Below, piece after piece: positions 9,539-16,646 of a stretch of 64,000 bases of DNA. How positions within the stretch are numbered: position 1 is the first letter of the stretch; the number at the start of each line of letters is the position of its first letter. Source of the DNA: a virus (Duplodnaviria; Caudoviricetes); the IMG/VR virus record IMGVR_UViG_3300020037_009644, positions 32,001 through 96,000 of that record; one strand, 5' to 3'. The position numbers were made by a program, and so were the translations under genes. Under the pieces are notes generated by a model, which was given only the letters and a program-made list of their open reading frames with translations, searched no databases and was not told the origin of the DNA.

Positions 9539-9614
9539 TGGTCCCGCGCCGGGAGTCGAACCCCGTTGATGAAACGTGCCGATTGCAGAGAATCACCCTG
9601 GCAAATTGCGCGAG
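9539..9614 (-). ncRNA. tRNA-like RNA (acceptor stem, T-arm and ACCA end; no canonical D or anticodon arm)
   Basis: CTCGCGC/GCGCGGG acceptor stem, A-CCA 3' end, CGGGG-TTCGAC-TCCCG T-like arm, 76 nt. Confidence 0.55.
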
Positions 9615-9615
9615 A

Positions 9616-9692
9616 TGGCTCGACGTGATGGATTCGAACCATCGACCTCCGGCGCAAATGCCGGCGCTCTACCTAGACTAAGCTAACGTCGA
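9616..9692 (-). tRNA. Atypical tRNA with 6-nt anticodon loop ATTTGC (undetermined; Gln-like U1-A72/G73)
   Basis: TCGACGT/ACGTCGA acceptor stem, D-arm GCTT/GAGC, CCGGC/GCCGG anticodon stem, GATGG-TTCGAAT-CCATC T-arm, GCCA end. Confidence 0.75.
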
Positions 9693-9701
9693 TATAAACA
9701 T

Positions 9702-9935
9702 TTAGAACGAAAGAGGTCCTTGATGAGGCTTACATCCGGGATTTTCCTCTCGGACATGAGCCCAGTAGGGCACCCACTTAAAATCGTTCATTTCTTTAGA
9801 AAGACCAAGACGATAGGCATCAGAATAGGTGATGTCTTGGTTGACAAATTTATCATCGTCTTTGAGATAGATTGCCATTCCGACTGTATCCCAAGAGCTT
9901 TCTTCGATCCAAGATCTTACTGTTTGATTGAACAT
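9702..9935 (-). CDS. Hypothetical protein (77 aa) inside the small-RNA operon
   Basis: ATG preceded by GAAGGA. Confidence 0.6.
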   Translation of the reverse strand: MFNQTVRSWIEESSWDTVGMAIYLKDDDKFVNQDITYSDAYRLGLSKEMNDFKWVPYWAHVREENPGCKPHQGPLSF

Positions 9936-9963
9936 TAAATGATTCCTTCAAAAAAGGTTAAAC

Positions 9964-10010
9964 AGAACGCAAGTTTCATCCATTGAATTTTGGTTTGCTG
10001 GAAGCGTTCT
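9964..10010 (-). ncRNA. GCAAA-motif stem-loop, copy 4
   Basis: AGAACGC-TTCCAGCAAACCAAAATTCAATGGATGAAACTT-GCGTTCT. Confidence 0.65.
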
Positions 10011-10015
10011 AAGAT

Positions 10016-10882
10016 TTAGGTTTGTTTTGTTACTACTGATGTTTGGAGTTTGCCAAATTGTTTTTTAGCCCAATATCCACGTGGGGGTTTAGATAAACCG
10101 TATTTGGCAGTCCATTTGCAAATAGATTTATCAGAAACACCAAATTGTTTAGCAATCTGAGCAGATGGTATTTCCCAAAGAAGTTTTTTGAGATCTTCTT
10201 TAAGAGGAATGTTTCTAGCTTTATGTACCAAGTGACAGTTTAAACACCTGGAATTATCATCTCCTAATTCAGAATTACAATCTTGACAATAATATTTCTG
10301 TTTTAGATTTATTTCTCCATTTAATGAAATGGATTCTTTGCTGGCGCATTCTCTACACCTGCTTATTCTTTGCTTAAGCAAGCACCCGCAGCCCAAACAT
10401 TTATTATTGGGTAAAGATTCTTTTCTCTTTCTTCTGAAAGTTGGAGTTTGAGAGTGACAATTCGGGCATAATATGCGAAGATTTTCAATTCTATTGTCGG
10501 AAAAATCACCATTAATATGGTCAAGCTCTAATGAAATTGGTTTATCTTGCCAGGAATCCAAACCACATTCTGAACATTTGTTCTCAACTCCCATTTTTAG
10601 GAGTTTGTTTTTCAATGTTTTGTTACAATAGTAATGTGAATTTTCTGTAAAAATCAACTCATTAGAAAGTTGGCTTGACCTTTTAATTGGATATTTTTTC
10701 AATAGCTGAGAGGAAGTTAAAAAATGTGAGGTATCTATATTAAGACGAATAAAATGAGACCTTATCATTCTATAACGACCTTCACTAGGAACCAAATCTA
10801 GTTTGCGCAAACAAGCAGCTATTGACTCTGATTCAGATGCGGCTTTGATTATATCTTTGTCTTGTAATTTTACAACATTCAT
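10016..10882 (-). CDS. HNH endonuclease with zinc ribbons and C-terminal HTH
   Basis: LELDHINGDFSDNRIENLRILCPNCHSQT HNH motif; CxxC pairs; IAKQFGVSDKSICKW helix-turn-helix. Confidence 0.85.
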   Translation of the reverse strand: MNVVKLQDKDIIKAASESESIAACLRKLDLVPSEGRYRMIRSHFIRLNIDTSHFLTSSQLLKKYPIKRSSQLSNELIFTENSHYYCNKTLKNKLLKMGVENKCSECGLDSWQDKPISLELDHINGDFSDNRIENLRILCPNCHSQTPTFRRKRKESLPNNKCLGCGCLLKQRISRCRECASKESISLNGEINLKQKYYCQDCNSELGDDNSRCLNCHLVHKARNIPLKEDLKKLLWEIPSAQIAKQFGVSDKSICKWTAKYGLSKPPRGYWAKKQFGKLQTSVVTKQT

Positions 10883-10909
10883 TGTGGCTCAAACCCATTC
10901 ATAAAAAGC

Positions 10910-10965
10910 TCCCCGACGAATTGGACGAAATTGGTTGAGCAGAAGCGCGTCCAATTCGTCGAGGA
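10910..10965 (-). other. Long leader hairpin (14 perfect bp, 18 bp with one G-U pair on the minus strand)
   Basis: CGACGAATTGGACG (10914-10927) and CGTCCAATTCGTCG (10948-10961). Confidence 0.7.
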
Positions 10966-10982
10966 TTAAGATGATCGTCTCT

Positions 10983-11011
10983 ATTCTAACGTTGACTCAG
11001 GAATTTGTCAA
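10983..11011 (-). promoter_or_regulatory. Sigma70-type promoter driving the DUF2828/small-RNA operon
   Basis: TTGACA (11011-11006), 17-bp spacer, TAGAAT (10988-10983) in an intergenic gap. Confidence 0.8.
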
Positions 11012-11020
11012 GGGCGATTT

Positions 11021-11380
11021 TCACGCTGGCGAGATTTTGATGGAATTGATAAAATGTTTCCAGGCAAGTCTGTCGTAATAGCATTTTATGCAAACATCTT
11101 TTGATTCTTCGGATTTTCGACGAAAACTAATTATATTTCTTTGATTAATATCTGATATTTCTAACCAAAGAGTTTTACCGTCTCCACCTAGAAATAAGCA
11201 ATAGATAAAATCATTGGATGATGAGTCATTTGCGCAAACTTTGAAATATGATGCGCCAGGGCGTTCGATAGAAGATAAATAGTCAAAGGCATCTTTCTCT
11301 TTAACTAGATCTAAGAATAGAGAAGTGTTGCTATTGTTAAACTCTTTCTCAGAAACAAAATAAATGTTATCGGCTTTCAT
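11021..11380 (-). CDS. Hypothetical protein, paralog family A
   Basis: MKADNIYFV..YFKVCA; start chosen by family alignment. Confidence 0.55.
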   Translation of the reverse strand: MKADNIYFVSEKEFNNSNTSLFLDLVKEKDAFDYLSSIERPGASYFKVCANDSSSNDFIYCLFLGGDGKTLWLEISDINQRNIISFRRKSEESKDVCIKCYYDRLAWKHFINSIKISPA

Positions 11381-11741
11381 CGCCAACTTCTTCCAGATCG
11401 ATAGAGTTAAGAAAGAGAAGCCATATAGAGTGTTCATATGTAGTTATTTGCTCGTGGACAATATCAATTTTAGCAAAGCTATACCCGCCATAAGATGGGC
11501 GATGAGTGATATCGTCCAAATGGATGATTTGGACGGGATTGTAATACTTAGAAAGCCTGATAATCATCTTGTTTGGACATAATGAGAAAAATATCTGTTT
11601 CAAAGGTGAAGCAGAAGCTATTTGAGATAGCCATTTGACAACCCTTTTCTCTTTGAGATGATCTCTACCAAGGCTATTAGCCTTCTTAAGTTCGTCAATC
11701 TCCCCGCCCGTCATAAATAGCGCGTTGTTAGCTTTGATCAT
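11367..11741 (-). CDS. Hypothetical protein, paralog family A
   Basis: MIKANNALF..KRVVKWL..FFSLCP. Confidence 0.55.
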   Translation of the reverse strand: MIKANNALFMTGGEIDELKKANSLGRDHLKEKRVVKWLSQIASASPLKQIFFSLCPNKMIIRLSKYYNPVQIIHLDDITHRPSYGGYSFAKIDIVHEQITTYEHSIWLLFLNSIDLEEVGDESR

Positions 11742-11748
11742 GGATGAT

Positions 11749-12084
11749 CTATTCTTCAAATTCGATGTTGTTAACAATTAGACCGAGGAGATGATAATTT
11801 CTAATTTCTAAATGCGTCGAACTGACATAAGCATAACCAACCGAATCAACTATCCCCTTGTCATAAGAAACCATATCCAGATATGAATAGTAATATGAAC
11901 GGTAAATGCGAAAAACATGCTCTGATCCGCAAATTTGAAAATGAAAATCGTGCGGTTGGTCAAAAAACCATTTGGTAAATTTGGCAAGTTTTACTTTATC
12001 CAAATATTGAGTTTCATGACGAAGAGGTTTTTTATTGGTCTCGTCAATGACGATTGAAACGACGTTTTTAGCCTTTAGCTTCAT
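11749..12084 (-). CDS. Hypothetical protein, paralog family A
   Basis: KNVVSIVID..KFTKWFFDQPH..FQICG. Confidence 0.6.
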   Translation of the reverse strand: MKLKAKNVVSIVIDETNKKPLRHETQYLDKVKLAKFTKWFFDQPHDFHFQICGSEHVFRIYRSYYYSYLDMVSYDKGIVDSVGYAYVSSTHLEIRNYHLLGLIVNNIEFEE

Positions 12085-12466
12085 GCTTGATCTCTCCATC
12101 TTCAATGTCTGGAAATTTAATCGAGGAGACTAGCTTTTCCCAATAAACAGGGCTATAGATCGTCGATCGAAAATATTTATCTATACAAACCGTCCAGATC
12201 AATTGATTAATCCGCGAAGTATCAACCCAAACATGATCTCTGTGCCCAACAAAAATATTGTAGGTCAAATCACCCTCTGCTCCGCAGACCCTGAATTTAT
12301 TAATTCCTTTATTGGCAATCGAAACCAAATATCTAACAACTTTTTCTTCTTTGGTTAAGATTTTTGAATGGTAATTTGGTTGAACAAAATTTTCAGAAGC
12401 TCGTTGTTCAGAGAGATTGTCTATCTCATTACGAATAATAAATATGACATTTTCTGCAACTCTCAT
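12068..12466 (-). CDS. Hypothetical protein, paralog family A
   Basis: ENVIFII..KVVRYL..FRVCG. Confidence 0.6.
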   Translation of the reverse strand: MRVAENVIFIIRNEIDNLSEQRASENFVQPNYHSKILTKEEKVVRYLVSIANKGINKFRVCGAEGDLTYNIFVGHRDHVWVDTSRINQLIWTVCIDKYFRSTIYSPVYWEKLVSSIKFPDIEDGEIKHEAKG

Positions 12467-12804
12467 TCGTCCTCGAATTCTAGAGAATGGAGAATTGAAT
12501 TGATTCTATCAATACAAGCTCCAGAGTAAGAGGAAGGAGTAAAAGATCCATGGTTAATATAACCCAAGCAACTCATACTATCCAACGCGGAAAAGTGATC
12601 TAGATAGCTGGTGGAACTGGTTATATGATAGACCCGAAAAACATCATTGCCGGGGCAAATTTTAAAGTATGTATTATGTGGCTGATTAAGAAGAAACTTG
12701 ACGAACTTCTTCTCTTTTTCTTTAAGATTTGATCTTTCTAGATCATCCGGAAGATGCCGGGCGGGATCATCAATAATAACGATGTTTTTAACATTGGTCA
12801 TCAT
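12463..12804 (-). CDS. Hypothetical protein, paralog family A
   Basis: KNIVIID..KKFVKFLLNQPH..FKICPG. Confidence 0.6.
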   Translation of the reverse strand: MMTNVKNIVIIDDPARHLPDDLERSNLKEKEKKFVKFLLNQPHNTYFKICPGNDVFRVYHITSSTSYLDHFSALDSMSCLGYINHGSFTPSSYSGACIDRINSILHSLEFEDE

Positions 12805-12806
12805 TT

Positions 12807-13142
12807 TTAATCCTCGAATTCGAGATGGTTGATCAGCTGCTCGAATAGATATTGATGATTAATTCTATTGTTCGAATAGATATTGGAACATGTTGCCAGA
12901 TGCATGTAACTATAAATATCTTGGTTGTATAAATCTATATACAAATCATGACCAGGAGAGTGCCAAATTCGATACGTGCCAAAATTTCCACAAACTTCGA
13001 ACTTGGTATCGTGAGGCTGAACCAATGCCCACTTGAAAAACTTCTTTTTTCTCTCTTCAGAAAATGAATATTTAGTTTTGAACGTCGATGTATCAACGAT
13101 AACGACGTTTTTGATCTTGATTTGATCGTCGCTCATTATCAA
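12807..13142 (-). CDS. Hypothetical protein, paralog family A
   Basis: [24 protein letters not shown]. Confidence 0.6.
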   Translation of the reverse strand: MIMSDDQIKIKNVVIVDTSTFKTKYSFSEERKKKFFKWALVQPHDTKFEVCGNFGTYRIWHSPGHDLYIDLYNQDIYSYMHLATCSNIYSNNRINHQYLFEQLINHLEFED

Positions 13143-14080
13143 ACGCTCAGCTCCATCATTCGATCAATTGAAACTTTTGCCAAAGTCATTAGATCTTGAG
13201 GAAGTTCGATCTGGGGTGAAAGATTGAGGAGGGCGGAGTGAACCTTTTCGAGGGTATTCATTTTCATGAATGGGCAGTCGTTGCAGTTACACGATTCGTT
13301 GTTAGGAGGAGCCGGATAAAACTTCTTCTCAGGCGAAGCTTTGGTCATCTGGTGAAGAATTCCGCTCTCGGTTGCAATGATAAATTCGTCGTTGTTCGAG
13401 GAAATTGAATATCGGAGGAGGGCGGTCGTTGACCCGATGAAATCCGCCATTCGAAGAATCGGATCCTCGCACTCTGGATGAGCAAGAAGAAGTGCCTTTG
13501 GATGTTGTTCTCGAAGCGCAAGAATTCTTCGCTCAGAGAAGGTTTCGTGAACGACGCAAACTCCGTTCCAACAGATCATTTCTCGACCGGTCTTTTGAAT
13601 GAGGTATCTTCCGAGGTTGCGATCTGGTCCGAAGAGAATAACCTTGTCCGTTGGGATCGAATTGATAATCTTTTCGGCGTTGCTGCTGGTACAAATAAGA
13701 TCGGAAAGAGCTTTTACTTCGGCGGTACAGTTGATATAACTAACGACGACGATTTCTCTTCCTGGATGACGAGTTTTCTCGCGGTCGATCCAAGCAGCGA
13801 AGGCATTGGCGGGGCAGCCGGAGGCAAGAGAACAACCAGCGAGAAGATCTGGAAGAATGACGGTCTTGGTTGGATTGAGAATCTTGGCGGTTTCAGCCAT
13901 GAAGTGAACCCCGCAGAAACAAATGACGTCGGCGGTTGTCTTGGCTGCTTCTTGGGCGAGCTGAAGACTGTCTCCGATGAAGTCGGAGATGTCCTGGATT
14001 TCGGGATCTTGGTAGTAATGAGCTAGAATGACGGCGTTTTTCTCGGATTTGAGGCGGGCGATTTCTTGAACAAGATCCAT
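13139..14080 (-). CDS. nadA: Quinolinate synthase
   Basis: [47 protein letters not shown] motifs including the three Fe-S cysteines. Confidence 0.95.
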   Translation of the reverse strand: MDLVQEIARLKSEKNAVILAHYYQDPEIQDISDFIGDSLQLAQEAAKTTADVICFCGVHFMAETAKILNPTKTVILPDLLAGCSLASGCPANAFAAWIDREKTRHPGREIVVVSYINCTAEVKALSDLICTSSNAEKIINSIPTDKVILFGPDRNLGRYLIQKTGREMICWNGVCVVHETFSERRILALREQHPKALLLAHPECEDPILRMADFIGSTTALLRYSISSNNDEFIIATESGILHQMTKASPEKKFYPAPPNNESCNCNDCPFMKMNTLEKVHSALLNLSPQIELPQDLMTLAKVSIDRMMELSV

Positions 14081-14097
14081 AATGTTTCCTTTTTAAT

Positions 14098-14189
14098 TGG
14101 CAGAATCGGAAAGATTCGAACTTTCGTCAGATTTTTTGTCTGAAACAACTTTCCAGGCTGTCGGGTTAATCCATCTCCCCCACGATTCT
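14098..14189 (-). tRNA. tRNA-Ser(GGA)
   Basis: AGAATCG/CGATTCT acceptor stem, ACAGC-CTGGAAA-GTTGT anticodon arm, long variable arm, G73-CCA. Confidence 0.9.
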
Positions 14190-14194
14190 AAAAT

Positions 14195-14650
14195 TCACTT
14201 CTTTTTCTTTTTTAGATTTGCAAAATGCTCAATTACATCTTGAGCACCATAATCAAAATTTGACTTTTTGATAGCCGAATTAAGCGTTTTCATTATCTTT
14301 TGAAACTCCTTAAAGATGGGAGCTGACTCAATTTGTTTGATTAGATAACTATCATTCAGATAATCACTGACATAATAACATTCATCATCAACATAGTCCA
14401 TACCCATTAGTTGGAAAAGACTTAAAGAGATGGTTGTTTTGTTGTACTCATTTTTCAGCTTATCAATCTTTGATATAAAGTCGGCAACAACTTTACCCTT
14501 CAAAAAATCTTCCCATCTAGCGATATCTTTTTCATGCTTTTCATTAGATAGTCTTGAAATTTGAATATCAAGATCTGCCCTTTGTGACTTGAGCTCTTCC
14601 AGAGTCGGCAGCACCCCTTCTTCGTCAATTTTCCATCTGATTTTTTTCAT
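14195..14650 (-). CDS. Hypothetical protein
   Basis: Start moved to ATG 14650 (AAGGA upstream) so it does not overlap tRNA-Cys. Confidence 0.65.
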   Translation of the reverse strand: MKKIRWKIDEEGVLPTLEELKSQRADLDIQISRLSNEKHEKDIARWEDFLKGKVVADFISKIDKLKNEYNKTTISLSLFQLMGMDYVDDECYYVSDYLNDSYLIKQIESAPIFKEFQKIMKTLNSAIKKSNFDYGAQDVIEHFANLKKKKK

Positions 14651-14668
14651 AATTTCCTTGTTTAAAGT

Positions 14669-14746
14669 TGGAGTCGAGGGCAGGATTTGAACCTGCGATA
14701 TCCGATTTTGCAGATCGGCGCCTTTGACCGCTCGAGCCACCCCGAC
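14669..14746 (-). tRNA. tRNA-Cys(GCA)
   Basis: GTCGGGG/CCTCGAC acceptor stem, CCGAT-CTGCAAA-ATCGG anticodon arm, U73-CCA. Confidence 0.9.
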
Positions 14747-14764
14747 AAATATCTTAATGATGAG

Positions 14765-14846
14765 TGGATAGCCTGAGAGTCGAACTCAGCGAGCTTTTGA
14801 CATCCGGGTTACAGCCGGCTTCCGCGCCCTACGGAAATAACTATCC
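14765..14846 (-). tRNA. tRNA-Tyr(GTA), CCA not encoded
   Basis: GGATAGT/GCTATCC acceptor stem, CCGG-CTGTAAC-CCGG anticodon arm, extended variable region, CTGAG-TTCGACT-CTCAG T-arm, A73. Confidence 0.8.
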
Positions 14847-15039
14847 AAATTGAGTCATCTTTTTGAGCGATTCAGAAGATGAGCTAAACTGCAAAATATT
14901 GCACAAAATTAGCTAATAGATTAATAAACTCTCAGCGAGGTTATTTTTTATGCAATATTTTAACCTTGACGGTATCGCCATAATCAATATAGTTGAAAAC
15001 AATACATAACAAAATCAAAACAAAAATCAAAATCAAAAC

Positions 15040-15083
15040 ATACAAACAAATAAAAATGGGGATCATATGATGAATCCCCATTT
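15040..15083 (-). terminator. Intrinsic terminator downstream of groES
   Basis: AAATGGGGAT/ATCCCCATTT stem (15054-15063, 15074-15083) followed on the minus strand by a long U-rich tract. Confidence 0.7.
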
Positions 15084-15139
15084 AACAGACAAAGTGAACT
15101 TAATCACCACCTTATAGGCAAGTCACTATGGATCTTGCG

Positions 15140-15436
15140 TCAAGAGACGCGAGCCAAAAGCTCGCGTGCATGCATTACGATAAACTCTTCGCTATCCACC
15201 TTCATACTGAATCCAGATTGAGGAGGAAAGAGAACAGTGTCCCCTTTGGACACCGGGGGAGCTAGAAGAACTCCTTGATCGGTGTAGAGTCCGGGACCGA
15301 CTGCGAAAACAACTCCCTTGGAATAATCCTTGGATGATGTCTCCGGACGGAAGAGAAGACCTCCCGCCATTTTTTCGTCTTTATCAGACTTTTCGGTCAC
15401 GATAAAAACAAGATCGTTGATGGGATCGATCTTCAT
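15140..15436 (-). CDS. groES: Co-chaperonin GroES-like protein
   Basis: MKIDPINDLV..AGGLLF.P..GVVFAVGPG..VSKGDTVLF..ELLA. Confidence 0.85.
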   Translation of the reverse strand: MKIDPINDLVFIVTEKSDKDEKMAGGLLFRPETSSKDYSKGVVFAVGPGLYTDQGVLLAPPVSKGDTVLFPPQSGFSMKVDSEEFIVMHARELLARVS

Positions 15437-15855
15437 CTTGAGCCTGCGCGGCGTGCCCGCGGAGCCTTTGCCGGTACCGCCTTCGTCGCTGGTCGCGTCG
15501 GAGCAACGGGCGCGGCTTTAGATCGTCGAGGAGCTTTGCGAGGAGCTGCCGGTCGTGCTTTTGCCGAGCTTGAAACTGTCTCGGCAACGACCGAGCGAAC
15601 CTGCTCAGGAGTCAGACCCCGAGTCTCGAGGCGATAAAAAACCTTGCCGCTCTCTCGCTTCATTTCGATATCAAACGATCCAAAGCGCGAGGTTCGGAGA
15701 TCACGAAGGCGCGAAGCTGCTGAAGGAACCGCGAGGGTTTTTGCCGAAGTCCAGGCTCCATCGCGTCGAAGCATGGCAACGAGGGCGCGCTGGGTGTTGT
15801 TTTTGAGGTCGCGAGCGTTGATTCCGTCGACGACTTTACGTACTTGCTTGTTCAT
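15433..15855 (-). CDS. Basic DNA-binding protein (winged-helix-like domain plus K/R/A/P-rich tail)
   Basis: SAASRLRDLR..G.FDIE....G..FYRL pattern; histone-H1-like C-terminal tail. Confidence 0.55.
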   Translation of the reverse strand: MNKQVRKVVDGINARDLKNNTQRALVAMLRRDGAWTSAKTLAVPSAASRLRDLRTSRFGSFDIEMKRESGKVFYRLETRGLTPEQVRSVVAETVSSSAKARPAAPRKAPRRSKAAPVAPTRPATKAVPAKAPRARRAGSR

Positions 15856-15872
15856 ATTCTTCCTATTTCTTT

Positions 15873-16646
15873 CTATGATGTAATGATTTCTACCGAATTG
15901 TCATGAATGAAAACTGTGTGTTCCTCGTGACAGGACATTCCCAGGGTAACGACGCTCCAGCCGTCCGTCAAGACCGAAGTTGATAATCGATCAAATTCGA
16001 CAAGCATCGGTTCGATGGCAAAAGTCATGCCAGGACGAACGAGAGGACCGTCTTGCCCTGATGATTTGTTAGAAACGAAGGGATCGGCGTGGGGAGTATT
16101 TAGAGCAATTCCGTGACCTCCGTAGGTCGTAATCAATCCGAATGATGTATTTCTAACGGTTCGATGAATGGCGTTACCAACTCTCCCGATGGGTTCGCCG
16201 ACCTTGATGTTTGCGATGGCATTGCGGAGAGCTTCTTGGCAGGTTTCGACCATTTTTTGGTGCTTCGAGGATCCGCGAATGCAGGTTGTTGCTGCGTCGG
16301 CTATAGCTCCTTGACAAGTCGCCCCGAGATCGAGAGAGACAAGGTCTCCTTCTTGGATCTGATAATCGTAAGGAATACCGTGAACCATAACCTTGTTGAC
16401 CGAGAGGCAGACCTTTCCGGAAAAACCCTTATATTTGTGGAAGGTAGGGGTGCAGCCGCGACGTTCGATAATCTCAGCTGAGTCTTGCTCGATCTGAAGC
16501 AGATTGAGAGGTTCGGGGGATGCCATTTTCTTTTTGAAAAGAGATAGGCATTCGGCTACAGCTTTACCAGCAATTCGTTGGTTGGCGAGAAAGTCACCCT
16601 CTCCGTAACGTTTGATAATGCCATGATTGGCAAAGGAGGTGTTCAT
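15873..16646 (-). CDS. map: Methionine aminopeptidase, type I
   Basis: CLSVN..MVHGIP, GDLVSLD.G, AD.A.T, GHGI, H..P, FAIEPM, EHTV. Confidence 0.92.
   Translation of the reverse strand: MNTSFANHGIIKRYGEGDFLANQRIAGKAVAECLSLFKKKMASPEPLNLLQIEQDSAEIIERRGCTPTFHKYKGFSGKVCLSVNKVMVHGIPYDYQIQEGDLVSLDLGATCQGAIADAATTCIRGSSKHQKMVETCQEALRNAIANIKVGEPIGRVGNAIHRTVRNTSFGLITTYGGHGIALNTPHADPFVSNKSSGQDGPLVRPGMTFAIEPMLVEFDRLSTSVLTDGWSVVTLGMSCHEEHTVFIHDNSVEIITS

Noticed and set aside
9327-9569. 80-aa plus-strand ORF
   Set aside because: Antisense to the structured RNA elements, with no recognisable protein features
9539-9614. tmRNA 3' end
   Set aside because: The acceptor stem closes within 76 nt, there is no G3-U70 pair, and no tag reading frame was found
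14651-14740. N-terminal extension of ORF 14195..14740
   Set aside because: Overlaps tRNA-Cys
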